Shown here piece after piece: positions 10,463-20,777 of a stretch of DNA of 64,000 nucleotides. The DNA is from Candidatus Omnitrophota bacterium (GTDB lineage: Bacteria > Omnitrophota > Gorgyraeia > Zapsychrales > JANLHA01): the NCBI GenBank assembly GCA_020632555.1, contig JACKFI010000001.1:133152-197151 (forward strand). The letters run 5' to 3'. The position numbers were made by a program, and so were the translations under genes. Below the pieces are notes generated by a model, which saw only the letters and a program-made list of their open reading frames with translations, did no database searches and was not told where the DNA came from. Within the stretch, counting starts at the first letter, position 1; each line of letters opens with the position of its first letter.

Positions 10463-11209
10463 TCAACGAATATTTTTGTAAAATTTTGCTAATCGCTGTG
10501 TGGACACACCTAAAATAAAACCCCAACTGAGTAAAATATTCATTAAGGTTGTTTTAACAATGCCTCGCTTTTCCCAACGCCGCGGCAAAACAGTGGCTGA
10601 TGAATCGAGAACAATGGTTTTACCTAACTGACGCAACTGTCGAGAGAAAAGCACATCTTCAAACAAAGGCACATTATCAAACCCACCGATTTGCTCAAAA
10701 ATATCTCGGCGGACAAAGATGGCTTGATCTCCATAAAAGATCTTAAATAATTCCGCACGCAAATTCCCAGACGATTCTATCCAACGATAAATCCATTTTC
10801 CAGAGTCAATCTTATGGGTAAAGCAACCGCCAACATAATTTAATAAAACTTGTTTAGCGATAATTCTCAATCCCTCCGCAGCGATGACACAGTCGGCATG
10901 TAAAAAAAGCAAAACATCTCCCTTTGCTGCACAAGCTCCCGCGTTCATTTGCACAGCTCTGCCGCGCGGGGATGTGATAACCTTCACTGAATACTGACCA
11001 ACAATATCCCTAGTCCTATCATTGCTATGACCGTCGACAACAATAACCTCAAGATCCGAAGCATAAGGCAGAGCCTTTAATGTTCTTTCAATCGCGGCCT
11101 CTTCGTTATAAACCGGAATAATAATAGAAATCACTGCAAAGTTCCCTGACAACTGGATCCTGTTCCCGCGGTGCAACCAAAACAATGATTGGCGGTCAAC
11201 ACCTGCCAA
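10463..11209 (-). CDS. GT2 glycosyltransferase (TIGR04283-like partner of the radical SAM protein)
   Basis: 248 aa; GT-A start ISIIIPVYNEE...VIVVDGHSNDRT. A GTG at 11132-11134 overlapping the upstream TGA as GTGA is an alternative, more likely start. Confidence 0.6.
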   Translation of the reverse strand: MAGVDRQSLFWLHRGNRIQLSGNFAVISIIIPVYNEEAAIERTLKALPYASDLEVIVVDGHSNDRTRDIVGQYSVKVITSPRGRAVQMNAGACAAKGDVLLFLHADCVIAAEGLRIIAKQVLLNYVGGCFTHKIDSGKWIYRWIESSGNLRAELFKIFYGDQAIFVRRDIFEQIGGFDNVPLFEDVLFSRQLRQLGKTIVLDSSATVLPRRWEKRGIVKTTLMNILLSWGFILGVSTQRLAKFYKNIR

Positions 11210-12111
11210 CTCTCCAAATCTTTTTTGGTAACATCAAAAACAGTAAGCTCATGATCCTTGCGCATTCCCATACCCAACATTTGATTAAAATCACAATCAA
11301 ACAGTTTCCCGTCCCAACCAATACTTAAGGTATTGCGACACATCAGTCCGTCTAAAGTGCCGGGATTAAAACTATTAACCAATAATTCACAATAACTTTC
11401 CAACTGATTAAATGTTTTTAAGAATTTGGCATAACGCGTAATGGGCATATTGGTGATGGTGTAAAGTTTATTAAAAACAATCCCGAAATCATCAGAAAGC
11501 CGCTGCTTGTAATCCTGTTGCAATTTCTCTTGTGCCGGTGGCAAATGCGCTCCGACGGGATTATAAACCAAATTCAACACAAGCCCACTATTGCTCTGCC
11601 CATACCCCAAGCGATTCAACTCTTGCAAAGCTTCAATAGATTTACCAAACACTCCCCTGCCTCGCTGTTGATCAACATTGTCTTGGGTATAACACGGCAA
11701 AGACGCAATCACCTCAACCTGATGCTGTGCCAGAAAATCTCCCAAGTCCTGCATGCCTTGTTCAAAGAGAATCGTTAAATTGCAACGGTCAATAATATGT
11801 ATTGCGCGCTGATGGGCTTGGTGCACCAAATAACGAAAGTGAGGATTCATTTCCGGCGCTCCACCCGTCAAATCCAAAGTCTTAGGATGAAATTCATCCA
11901 TTAACCGGACAATAGCCTGTGCTGTTCTCAAATCCATATTTTCTTTGACTTTGCTCGGCCCAGCCTCGACGTGACAATGAGAACAGGTCAAATTGCACAA
12001 CTTGCCTACATTGACTTGCAAAATGTCAATGCCCGTCTTGCGCAAATCATATTGATGTTGTGTTAATTTTTCTTTAAAGGATTTCATGCATACTACCTGA
12101 TTTAATCTCAT
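11131..12111 (-). CDS. Radical SAM/Cys-rich domain protein (ArsS-like, TIGR04167-like)
   Basis: 326 aa; CNLTCSHC (CX3CX2C) radical-SAM cluster motif; C-terminal Cys-rich tail (CDFNQ...HCFGCTAGTGSSCQG). The real start may be the ATG at 12085-12087, 8 bp after the upstream stop. Confidence 0.7.
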   Translation of the reverse strand: MRLNQVVCMKSFKEKLTQHQYDLRKTGIDILQVNVGKLCNLTCSHCHVEAGPSKVKENMDLRTAQAIVRLMDEFHPKTLDLTGGAPEMNPHFRYLVHQAHQRAIHIIDRCNLTILFEQGMQDLGDFLAQHQVEVIASLPCYTQDNVDQQRGRGVFGKSIEALQELNRLGYGQSNSGLVLNLVYNPVGAHLPPAQEKLQQDYKQRLSDDFGIVFNKLYTITNMPITRYAKFLKTFNQLESYCELLVNSFNPGTLDGLMCRNTLSIGWDGKLFDCDFNQMLGMGMRKDHELTVFDVTKKDLESWQVLTANHCFGCTAGTGSSCQGTLQ

Positions 12112-12685
12112 CTAAATCTTCTAAAACAGACACTGATTGATATTTTAATTTTAATTTTGTAATTATGTGATATGTCTGAGCTAAAACGTCGCTGGTGCTC
12201 CAACTGATATTCACGAACACTTGCGGATGATTCGCCGATAAACCAATCAAATAATAGCCGCCATCTTTAGCCGGCCCGATCACCACATCAATTTCATTAA
12301 GCAAGGCAAAACCTTGTTGAGCTATTGCAGTGGTCAAATGCAAAGTATCGCTGCCATAAGCGGCTACCCTTTTATACCCCTGAGCAAACGCCCAAGCAAA
12401 AGCCGACGTTAAACGCTGCCCCAAATCATCACCCTGCTGCGGAAGATACTCATCCGCACTGGGCAGCCACTGTTGAATTTTGTCATGATCCTCTGGCGGA
12501 TCAAAGAAAACGATCAAGTCTGTCTGCCCACAGGCCCGCAGAATAGAATAATTCTGCCCAGCCAATTGCCGATAAACTCGCGCGGCCGCTTGATCACCCA
12601 ATGTTTTGGCTAAGCGAGTCTTGACGTGTCCGGCCGTCGGATATTTCACAAAAAACAAAATCGCCTGTTGATTACGGCACGTCAT
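12074..12685 (-). CDS. DUF2064 family protein (TIGR04282-like putative glycosyltransferase)
   Basis: 203 aa; motifs AILFFVKYPTAGHVKTRLA and VVIGPAKDGGYYLIGL typical of DUF2064. Confidence 0.55.
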   Translation of the reverse strand: MTCRNQQAILFFVKYPTAGHVKTRLAKTLGDQAAARVYRQLAGQNYSILRACGQTDLIVFFDPPEDHDKIQQWLPSADEYLPQQGDDLGQRLTSAFAWAFAQGYKRVAAYGSDTLHLTTAIAQQGFALLNEIDVVIGPAKDGGYYLIGLSANHPQVFVNISWSTSDVLAQTYHIITKLKLKYQSVSVLEDLDEIKSGSMHEIL

Positions 12686-12887
12686 TTAGTCTCCAATTTT
12701 AGGTAACTAAAAAAGCTCCACCGTCGCAGCGCCTCGCCTCAACCCCAGAACCAAAGATAAAATCAAAAAGATTTAACGCAATAATAAGAAATCCAACAAT
12801 TCAAACGGGAGTTTTTTGAACATAATTCACAAGCATTTGAATTTTTTCCAATTTGATTGTTATATTTTCCACACAAGCTCAAACCGC

Positions 12888-13481
12888 CTACGCGACGGGG
12901 ACAGAATTCTTAACACTGGGGCGCTGAGAAATTTTCTGATACCACTCATTGAGTTTGGAATGTTTTTCTGCGCGATACAAATCCGGTAAACGAAATTGCA
13001 AATAACCCAACGCGCACACAACGGCCACTGATCCCAAATGCCAAGATTCAAGATCAGCAAGGTGGCTATCAAAATATTCCAACACCCGGTCAATGGAAAC
13101 AATGTTAAGATCAATAAACTTCGCATTATAATCCTGAGGATGACGCATTTTTTCCATAACGACGCCAACCGTGATATCCATCAAACCGTCAGCTATTGCG
13201 GCCATATTAAGAACCTTCCAACGCTCAATTGAATCTTGCGGAATAAAGCGCGGCGCCGGCGTCAAAGCGTCAAGATACTCACAAATCAATGGATTATCAC
13301 AAAGACTCATGGTTTCATCGATAACCAAAGCAGGAACCTTACCGACAGGATTGGCTTTTAATAAAACCGAAGATTTATTGGCCAAATCTTCCTCGAACAG
13401 CTCTAATTTGATATTTTTTTCTTCAGCAATAATACGGGCCTTGCGAGCATAAGGCGAACGCTGGGTGTAATAAAGTTTCAT
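12888..13481 (-). CDS. Glutathione S-transferase family protein
   Basis: 197 aa; N-terminal thioredoxin-like GST fold (MKLYYTQRSPYARKARI...NPVGKVPALVID) followed by an alpha-helical C-terminal domain. Confidence 0.7.
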   Translation of the reverse strand: MKLYYTQRSPYARKARIIAEEKNIKLELFEEDLANKSSVLLKANPVGKVPALVIDETMSLCDNPLICEYLDALTPAPRFIPQDSIERWKVLNMAAIADGLMDITVGVVMEKMRHPQDYNAKFIDLNIVSIDRVLEYFDSHLADLESWHLGSVAVVCALGYLQFRLPDLYRAEKHSKLNEWYQKISQRPSVKNSVPVA

Positions 13482-13560
13482 GTTGATCTCCTATTAATAA
13501 GTTATCTAAAAGTATAAAAACTTTAACTGGACATTAACAGAAGCGGTCCTTCTCTTCTAT

Positions 13561-14868
13561 TTACTTTTCGTTACGCCACACAGAACGCAAATACGTTACA
13601 ACTTTTCGCTCTTGCCGCATTAAAGAATCAGTCCCATCACCCAAAGACATAATACCCCACCATTCATCGTGGGCCGTATGATCAGGCGTATTCCAAGACT
13701 TTGTTCCCGAATTATGTTCGGCGGGCGAACCATCCATATACCACCGATCTGTCCAATCAAAAACAACACCGCCAATTGAATTCCCAGCATGCCCGTCCAA
13801 CGAATCACGATGCTTCAAAATATCCTGCCAAGCCCCACGAGTATAATGATCCTGCCAATCTTGATCTTCACCTTTGTTTTTATTATAAGCTTGCGTACCA
13901 AACTCTAGAATAAACATTGGCCGATCAAAGATTTTCTTTGTTTCTGCCCATAAATCCCCAAAACCATACTGCCCCCGATAAGAATTATAAGCCACAATAT
14001 CAATCTCCGGCGCCAACTCGCTGTACAATTCCAAAGTCACTTCATTAAAACCAGCATCACCCTCACTGATAGCAACAGGATGATTTGGATCAAGCTCCTT
14101 AACAATTCTCGCCAATTCACCAACCAGCGTCGCATATTCCCGCGGCTTAGTCTTAGCATTGCACCGAGAAAAATCCGCCATATTATTTTCATTGCCCAAT
14201 AACCACATCAAAACATATGGCTCATCTTTATTATCCAAAACCATGGCCCGTACAGATTTCTTAATATTCTCACGATGAATAGGGTTTGCATAATCTGTCC
14301 CGGCATCCCAGCTAGCACCTGAGCCGATGGTCCAAGACCCCAAGAAATTACCCATAATCACCCTAATCCCATAATCCGAATAAAGCTGACGCAACAAGTC
14401 TTTATTAACAGGATGCGCAAATTGCAAAGCAACGCCAGGATTATTCTTATAAATGTCCCCAACAATTTTATTATTCGAAGCCACGTGATAAAGACGAATC
14501 GTATTGACCCCTAAATCTTTCATCAAAGAAAAATCGCCAATCGCCTTTTCATCGACATCCTGAACATTATTGTGATTCTTATCTAGCCAAGATTGATAAG
14601 CAAAATCATTCTGGCCATCATGATCATCATCATAATCCATCCAATTTCGCATCGTCAGCTGCTTAGGGTCTTCCCCAATCTTAACCGGAGTATACGTCAT
14701 ACCTTTGATAAAATACGGCTGGTCATCAACCAATAATTGCCAATTTCCGCTTTTATCTTTAACAACTTTGACAAAACCTTCTGTAGGTTTTATAACATCC
14801 TGACTCGATGCGTAAAAAACCTGAAAAAAAATCATCACCACCACAGACATTAGAATTCGGATCTTCAT
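13561..14868 (-). CDS. Secreted glycoside hydrolase, clan GH-A (GH5-like TIM barrel)
   Basis: 435 aa with signal peptide; candidate acid/base in LLGNENN and nucleophile in FILEFGTQ. Confidence 0.5.
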   Translation of the reverse strand: MKIRILMSVVVMIFFQVFYASSQDVIKPTEGFVKVVKDKSGNWQLLVDDQPYFIKGMTYTPVKIGEDPKQLTMRNWMDYDDDHDGQNDFAYQSWLDKNHNNVQDVDEKAIGDFSLMKDLGVNTIRLYHVASNNKIVGDIYKNNPGVALQFAHPVNKDLLRQLYSDYGIRVIMGNFLGSWTIGSGASWDAGTDYANPIHRENIKKSVRAMVLDNKDEPYVLMWLLGNENNMADFSRCNAKTKPREYATLVGELARIVKELDPNHPVAISEGDAGFNEVTLELYSELAPEIDIVAYNSYRGQYGFGDLWAETKKIFDRPMFILEFGTQAYNKNKGEDQDWQDHYTRGAWQDILKHRDSLDGHAGNSIGGVVFDWTDRWYMDGSPAEHNSGTKSWNTPDHTAHDEWWGIMSLGDGTDSLMRQERKVVTYLRSVWRNEK

Positions 14869-14929
14869 ACTATCTTACCTCCCACAACATCGACGAGAAT
14901 ATTACGGGTTGAAAATGTCTTATAAATTT

Positions 14930-16165
14930 CTAGAACTTAATCCCAACATCCAAGATGACTTTTTGCGTATCTGTCAAAAAATCATCAGCATTATAGTACG
15001 CATACTTGACGGAAGTTGTAACATACTGATTGATCGGCTTTTCCAAAAAGAGACCCCACTCTTGGCCATAATCCATTGGGCCATATTCCGCCGAGAAATA
15101 ATGATACTGTGCATTAACAAGCAACCCGTTGATCATTTTAAGATTTCCTGCCAAATCCTTCACTTTATAATTTAAATCAACATAAATATCTTCCAGCCCC
15201 GCAGCGGGTGTCGTTAAAAATTTATCCGCCCATCCATTAAATTTATGTCCTGTAGCCAAAGGCGTTCTAAACGCAAACTTGCCATGATCACTGCCCAAAA
15301 CTTCATAGCCTACTGTCGTGGTTAAACCTTGCCAAACAATAGCAGGAGCAATGTGAAAATAATTAGCTCCATAATTCGTTGGATTGTCGGCAAAATCCAA
15401 TTGATGCGCATATTCTCCATAATATTTGAATTTGATATCCTCACTTAAGTCAACATCTCCGGCGAGACTTGCGCCAAATGTTTGACTGGAATTCGCAGCT
15501 GAATCACTGCCAAAATCAAAAAGATAACCATAGGTCGTAAGTTTGCCGATTGACAAACTTGTATTTGAAATATTATAGAAATGACTTTTGGAGCCCCAAT
15601 CTCCAACTAAGGATTGTTCACCAAAAATACGATTAACATTATAAATGTAACCATATTTTATTTCGGTAGCGACGATGGACTTATTCGCAATGGTCGCTGC
15701 ATCAAAGACCTGATTATTTTGCCGCCATCCCACCGCGCCAATAAACCGCTGATTATCCACGACAATCACTTGCCGCCCGCCACGAAGAGTTGTATCTGGA
15801 ATCCCGGTATACTGACCATAAGCTTGATTGACCTGTATGTTTTCGGGATCGGCCACAACTGGATAATTTGTCCGTCCGTTGACGGTATCATTATAATTAT
15901 CCTTCCCTAAATAATTGACGGATTCTCCCTCAATCACAGCAGAGACGCCATAAAATTCCCCGGTCTTCAAACCCAAAAGAGTACGCAGTGTTGAAGAATT
16001 GGCTCGTTTGACTATTGCATCTTGGTCAACATACTCATAACGCATTCTCATTTGGGCATAAAACTGGCTCTCTTTAATCGCTTCTTTTACGGTGTCACCG
16101 GCATTAGCTGGGATTGCCATGAACAACACCGCCCCAACAACCAAACCTCGTAATAATAATCTCAT
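14930..16165 (-). CDS. Outer-membrane beta-barrel protein (porin-like)
   Basis: 411 aa; signal peptide ...AIPANA; many alternating amphipathic strands; C-terminal aromatic residue (..GIKF). Confidence 0.45.
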   Translation of the reverse strand: MRLLLRGLVVGAVLFMAIPANAGDTVKEAIKESQFYAQMRMRYEYVDQDAIVKRANSSTLRTLLGLKTGEFYGVSAVIEGESVNYLGKDNYNDTVNGRTNYPVVADPENIQVNQAYGQYTGIPDTTLRGGRQVIVVDNQRFIGAVGWRQNNQVFDAATIANKSIVATEIKYGYIYNVNRIFGEQSLVGDWGSKSHFYNISNTSLSIGKLTTYGYLFDFGSDSAANSSQTFGASLAGDVDLSEDIKFKYYGEYAHQLDFADNPTNYGANYFHIAPAIVWQGLTTTVGYEVLGSDHGKFAFRTPLATGHKFNGWADKFLTTPAAGLEDIYVDLNYKVKDLAGNLKMINGLLVNAQYHYFSAEYGPMDYGQEWGLFLEKPINQYVTTSVKYAYYNADDFLTDTQKVILDVGIKF

Positions 16166-16224
16166 AAACTCCTCCGTATTATTTCTATTTAAAAATTAAC
16201 TCTGCTCAAAAGTGGGAGCTGTCG

Positions 16225-17034
16225 CTACTTTTGAACGAAATATTTCATTGCTTGCGGCATCAACTCTTTAATATTATTAATGCGGGTTTGGTCTGAAGGA
16301 TGCGAGCTTAAGAATTCTAAGTTGAAATTCCCTTGCTTTAATTTGGCCATTCTTTCCCAAAAGGCAATGGCAGCATGCGGATCATAGCCAGCCATAGACA
16401 TAAAAATCAAACCCAAGTGGTCGGCTTCGCTCTCTTGCAGACGGCTATAAGGCAATTGCACTCCATATTGGGCACCCACATTAAAAGTGGTCATCCAAAG
16501 TTTTTTTGTCTCTTCTGGTTTGTCTTTCAAGGCGATAGACAGAGCTTGACCACCCAAACTCGAAAGCACTCCCTGACTCATCCGCTCATTTCCATGCTGA
16601 GCAATTGCGTGCGCAATCTCATGAGAGAGAACAACGGCTAATCCCTTGTCATCCTCAGCGACGGGTAAAATACCGGTATAAACAACAACCTTGCCTCCCG
16701 GCATACACCAGGCATTGATCTCTTGGCTCTCCACCACATTAAATTCCCACTGATAATTTTTCAACCGATCTGACATATTATTTTCAGCCATGTATTTCTC
16801 AACAGCCGTTTGGATCTGTCGTCCAACAGTCTTAACAGATTGAACTTTAGCTGCATCCTTACTGATTGTATTCGATTTAAGAAAATCGCCATATTGTTGA
16901 AAACTTATGGAAAGCATAACGTCCGCCGGAACAATATCAAGCTGTCTTCGTCCAGTCAACGGCACCGTCGCACAAGAGGAACACGCAACACACAAGATGA
17001 ATAAAACAATAATAAATCTAAATTCATTTTTCAT
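16225..17034 (-). CDS. M48 family zinc metallopeptidase lipoprotein
   Basis: 269 aa; lipobox region (LCVACSSC) and HEIAHAIAQH (HEXXH) zinc motif. Confidence 0.75.
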   Translation of the reverse strand: MKNEFRFIIVLFILCVACSSCATVPLTGRRQLDIVPADVMLSISFQQYGDFLKSNTISKDAAKVQSVKTVGRQIQTAVEKYMAENNMSDRLKNYQWEFNVVESQEINAWCMPGGKVVVYTGILPVAEDDKGLAVVLSHEIAHAIAQHGNERMSQGVLSSLGGQALSIALKDKPEETKKLWMTTFNVGAQYGVQLPYSRLQESEADHLGLIFMSMAGYDPHAAIAFWERMAKLKQGNFNLEFLSSHPSDQTRINNIKELMPQAMKYFVQK

Positions 17035-17061
17035 ATAATCCTGACTGTTTTGAATTTTTTA

Positions 17062-17616
17062 TTAAACGGTTTCATCTTCCACCGAGGCCTCGATATCAAT
17101 CACCTCATCAGATCGATCATAATTTGGCGGCACTCTTTCTTGTAATTTTGCCGACATCTTTACCCCATAAAGACGCATGCCATAAGTAAATACTACGCCA
17201 ACACATAGCAAGAATGCTGATCCTATTTGCCCCTTAAGCAACAGCCCAATCATAGCTATGGGCGCAACCAAATGAAACATAAACATAAAAAATATCGCAA
17301 TCCATCCTAAATAATAGAATATTGTCAGAAATGAATACATAAAAACTGATGCCCCGACGATATAAGACAATATAAACGACAATCCCGCCAAACGTCCCCG
17401 CAGATTTTCAAACAAAGATAATGGCAAAATGATCAACAAAAACGCGACAATCGACGCACCCGCCAATACTGAGATAACCGGATAAAGAAATTCCGAAACT
17501 TTGAGAATTCCGAAAATCAAAATAAACGGAATCAGGAGAAACCCCAAAAACAATAAGAAACCCAAAACCCTCAAACCAAAACCTTGGGCATTATTCATTA
17601 TATTTATTCTAATCAT
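17062..17616 (-). CDS. Hypothetical polytopic membrane protein
   Basis: 184 aa with 4-5 predicted TM helices; no recognisable motif. Confidence 0.35.
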   Translation of the reverse strand: MIRINIMNNAQGFGLRVLGFLLFLGFLLIPFILIFGILKVSEFLYPVISVLAGASIVAFLLIILPLSLFENLRGRLAGLSFILSYIVGASVFMYSFLTIFYYLGWIAIFFMFMFHLVAPIAMIGLLLKGQIGSAFLLCVGVVFTYGMRLYGVKMSAKLQERVPPNYDRSDEVIDIEASVEDETV

Positions 17617-17860
17617 GAAACTTCCTTAAGTTAATTCTTAAACAGGCTGGAACACTATCGAATAATTTTAAACGGCATAATCTTTCTTTTACAATATCAA
17701 AAATCTTAACCTGGTCTTCTTAATTAATTTTGGAAACCCTTATGATATTTTTAATGGTCTCTAATTTTCCCTTACGAAAATACACACATCCTGAGGACAC
17801 TTCCGCCGCAACTTACGCAATATAAGAGGCCAATAAAAAACGGTTCAAGTTATGGCTGAT

Positions 17861-18415
17861 CTAGAACTTGCGGCTATCATAGGCCCAATGCAACAATGCC
17901 TGACGCTGTTTACGACGACATGCTAAATCTCGAGGTTTACAATTTCTCTTTATTTGGGTGACATGGCGTTGCATAGCCCGCCAACGCTTGATCTGACGAA
18001 CATCCTCATCTGGTATGCGCCGGCCCATATAATAGCGACAATACCACTGAAACCAACCTCTGGGATCAGCTGGATGAATCCACCCTTTCATGCGCCAGGT
18101 ATGTAACGATTGACTAGCCTTTACCCCAAAAAAATTCGACTTTGAATCGTGACGCAAAGGACATAATTTCGCCTTCTTAAACCAAGTCGATGGAAACTCC
18201 TTGACACAATCGGTCATATACTTTCCACCAAAAACACCCAAAGATAACATCTGTTGTGGACTCAATTCAGGTTTGAATGCTTGATCAAAGTTCTTTCCCA
18301 TCGGTTGGACGAGTTGATAGTGGTAATTCTTTTGCATATGATCGTTTACAATAACAATCCTATGTCTCATCGCTAATCCATTGACTGACGACAAACACAT
18401 ACCAAAGATTGGCAC
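17861..18415 (-). CDS. Hypothetical protein (basic, Cys/Trp-rich)
   Basis: 184 aa ORF with coding-like composition; no family recognised. Confidence 0.3.
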   Translation of the reverse strand: MPIFGMCLSSVNGLAMRHRIVIVNDHMQKNYHYQLVQPMGKNFDQAFKPELSPQQMLSLGVFGGKYMTDCVKEFPSTWFKKAKLCPLRHDSKSNFFGVKASQSLHTWRMKGWIHPADPRGWFQWYCRYYMGRRIPDEDVRQIKRWRAMQRHVTQIKRNCKPRDLACRRKQRQALLHWAYDSRKF

Positions 18416-18923
18416 TAATCACCACTGCTTGCTTTATGGAGTTTAATAAAAATTGTTTTATTTCATTGACCGGGATAATAATCACTTCGATATCTTCCAA
18501 TGCCCCCAAATGCTGTTTTGGATTTTGATTCACCTGAGCATTTTCATCAATATAAACAAACACAACCCGTCCAGAATCATTGATGATTCCTGCTTGTGAT
18601 TTGATTAAAGGCCCCTTGTGTTTTATAAATCCAGTATATCCCGTTTCTTCCTTAAGTTCTTTGATAATTTGGGAATCGGAATGATTGTCTATTCCGGCCG
18701 GAAATCCGAGAATATAACCATTTATCGCAGGTCGGAATTGTTTAATCAATACAAATCTCCGAGATGGAATTAATTTTGCAATTATGACCACGCTAGAAGT
18801 ATTATTTTTACGAGCAACACTTTCCCAGCGTACTAAATCACCGTTTTTATTTTCATAAACGGTCTCTTTCAGCGATAACCAGCGGCCAGAATACAAATTA
18901 TTCTCAGTTATTCTTCTCATCAT
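18360..18923 (-). CDS. NUDIX hydrolase
   Basis: 187 aa; Nudix box GFPAGIDNHSDSQIIKELKEETGY (GX5EX7REUXEEXGU pattern). Confidence 0.7.
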   Translation of the reverse strand: MMRRITENNLYSGRWLSLKETVYENKNGDLVRWESVARKNNTSSVVIIAKLIPSRRFVLIKQFRPAINGYILGFPAGIDNHSDSQIIKELKEETGYTGFIKHKGPLIKSQAGIINDSGRVVFVYIDENAQVNQNPKQHLGALEDIEVIIIPVNEIKQFLLNSIKQAVVISANLWYVFVVSQWISDET

Positions 18924-19470
18924 TAACCAGTTCCCCAGATTGTTTTTGCCAGAGTTGAGGAACTTTACGTACTTTGCTCATATCATAACCCTGGTCTTTT
19001 AACATACTGATCAGACGCTGATAATCAGCCTCAGGAATTTCGGGAGTGCGCGCCATGATCCAAAAATAATCACGTTTATTGCGGCCAATAATGGTTTGAC
19101 TATAATCCGCGTTTAAATAGGTAATCAGATACTCCGCTTTAAAAGGCCAAATAAACTGCATCGCCCAGGTTGAGTTGTTGACCTTATCGACAACAAAACC
19201 ACGCGGATTGTATCGTTTAGCCGGTCCATCAAAACCGCCTTGATTAAAAGTAAAAATCGTGTCAATCGAACCATCGTCCAGCAGCCGGTATTCTTCAATG
19301 CCGTTATAAGCTTTGGTTTCTATAAAGGTGGGAATCGCCGCCAAAACATACCAAGGCCCCATAAATCTTTTCAAATCAACTTTCTCGGCAGTCTTCAACC
19401 GAGGCAGCGAACTGGCACAGCCGGTCACAAAAAAGGTGCACATTAAAATCAATATCGCTTGTATTCTCAT
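18904..19470 (-). CDS. blc: Bacterial lipocalin (Blc-like outer-membrane lipoprotein)
   Basis: 188 aa; lipoprotein signal (..FFVTGCASS) and lipocalin SCR1 motif (FMGPWYVLAAIPT). Confidence 0.7.
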   Translation of the reverse strand: MRIQAILILMCTFFVTGCASSLPRLKTAEKVDLKRFMGPWYVLAAIPTFIETKAYNGIEEYRLLDDGSIDTIFTFNQGGFDGPAKRYNPRGFVVDKVNNSTWAMQFIWPFKAEYLITYLNADYSQTIIGRNKRDYFWIMARTPEIPEADYQRLISMLKDQGYDMSKVRKVPQLWQKQSGELVNDEKNN

Positions 19471-19525
19471 ATTTCTCCTTTTGGTTTTAAAATCATTCTT
19501 AATTTATTGATCGTTCTCTTTATCA

Positions 19526-20311
19526 TCATCGCCGCTTTGGCAAGGGGATAAAGAAACTTGTTGTCCGCATATATTCTTTAAAGGCCTCTCCTTTATTCTT
19601 CAAAGCTCGTGTTTCCATCAGCGGGATTCCTGTCACTTTCATTAAAAGAAAGAGCATCAATGCTGGTGCGATGAAACCCCACCATCCCTGAGGACTGCCT
19701 AAAGCGAAGATAAAATAGGCCACCCACATCAGCCATTCAAAAAAGAAATTAGGATGTCGTGAATAATTCCATAATCCTTGCTGACAAATCTTGCCTTTGT
19801 TGTTTGAATCCGCTTTAAATTTTCTTAATTGTTCATCCGCTACCGATTCGCCGATCAGACCAATCAACCATATCACCACCGCGATAAGTTCAATCACCTT
19901 AATGGTTGGATCAGTATTGAGAAACGCAATAAAAAACGGGACGGACAGCACAACATTAAAAATTGGCTGCAGTTGGAAGATCACAAAAAAATTCCGCCCA
20001 GCTTGGCGCCCCCAATCTTCTCTAAATTGAGCGTAACGACTGTCCTCGCGTCCATCATGAATGATTCGCCGCAGCAAATGCGAGGACAAACGCAAGGTCC
20101 AAATGAAAATAGGCAGCAAAATCAACCACTTCCTTAATAGAAACCCATCTAAGTTGATCGCATACCAACCAACTAAAACAGACATGCCAATACTCCAACC
20201 CACATCAGCTGTTGACGCATCTTTGGTGCGCATTTGTATGCCCCACAACACCGTCTGCATCAAGACAAGCATCAGGTACCCTTTAAAAATGATGTCAAAG
20301 TTTTCGCTCAT
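19526..20311 (-). CDS. DUF1295 family membrane protein (steroid 5-alpha-reductase/ICMT-like fold)
   Basis: 261 aa polytopic; C-terminal GLWNYSRHPNFFFEWLMWVAYF block typical of DUF1295/3-oxo-5-alpha-steroid dehydrogenase-like proteins. Confidence 0.55.
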   Translation of the reverse strand: MSENFDIIFKGYLMLVLMQTVLWGIQMRTKDASTADVGWSIGMSVLVGWYAINLDGFLLRKWLILLPIFIWTLRLSSHLLRRIIHDGREDSRYAQFREDWGRQAGRNFFVIFQLQPIFNVVLSVPFFIAFLNTDPTIKVIELIAVVIWLIGLIGESVADEQLRKFKADSNNKGKICQQGLWNYSRHPNFFFEWLMWVAYFIFALGSPQGWWGFIAPALMLFLLMKVTGIPLMETRALKNKGEAFKEYMRTTSFFIPLPKRR

Positions 20312-20754
20312 TGTGGTTTATGATGGTTCGCCATTTTGTTTTTAACAAAACGCACCATCCCTCCTAAAATTGGTATACCTTCGTAGACAAACTCACCCAG
20401 ATCAAAATAATCCCGGTGATAAATAGCTTTGCCTTCTTTTCCTCCGAATTTAATAACCGATACGCCATCAACGATAACCGGTTGACCTTTATTAAAGTTT
20501 TTGGCTATCAATGTCATCTTCCAGACCAAACTGCAACTGTTGCCATCTCTGATCTGATCAGGAATATCCCAATGGATTGATTGAACATTGTTATACATGT
20601 TCCGATAATAATCCTTCATTTGCTGGCGATTGTTGACGGCGACTAAAGGATCAAGAAATTTGATATTCTCGTCGTAAAATTGATCAACCAGATGCATGGT
20701 ATCCTTGTTGAGTGCTTCAAAAAATTCTTTGGGTGTTAAGATTTCAGCAGCCAT
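20308..20754 (-). CDS. NTF2-like/SnoaL-like small protein
   Basis: 148 aa; fold-level guess only. Confidence 0.3.
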   Translation of the reverse strand: MAAEILTPKEFFEALNKDTMHLVDQFYDENIKFLDPLVAVNNRQQMKDYYRNMYNNVQSIHWDIPDQIRDGNSCSLVWKMTLIAKNFNKGQPVIVDGVSVIKFGGKEGKAIYHRDYFDLGEFVYEGIPILGGMVRFVKNKMANHHKPQ

Positions 20755-20777
20755 AGATAACTCTCCTTATCAGCTGA

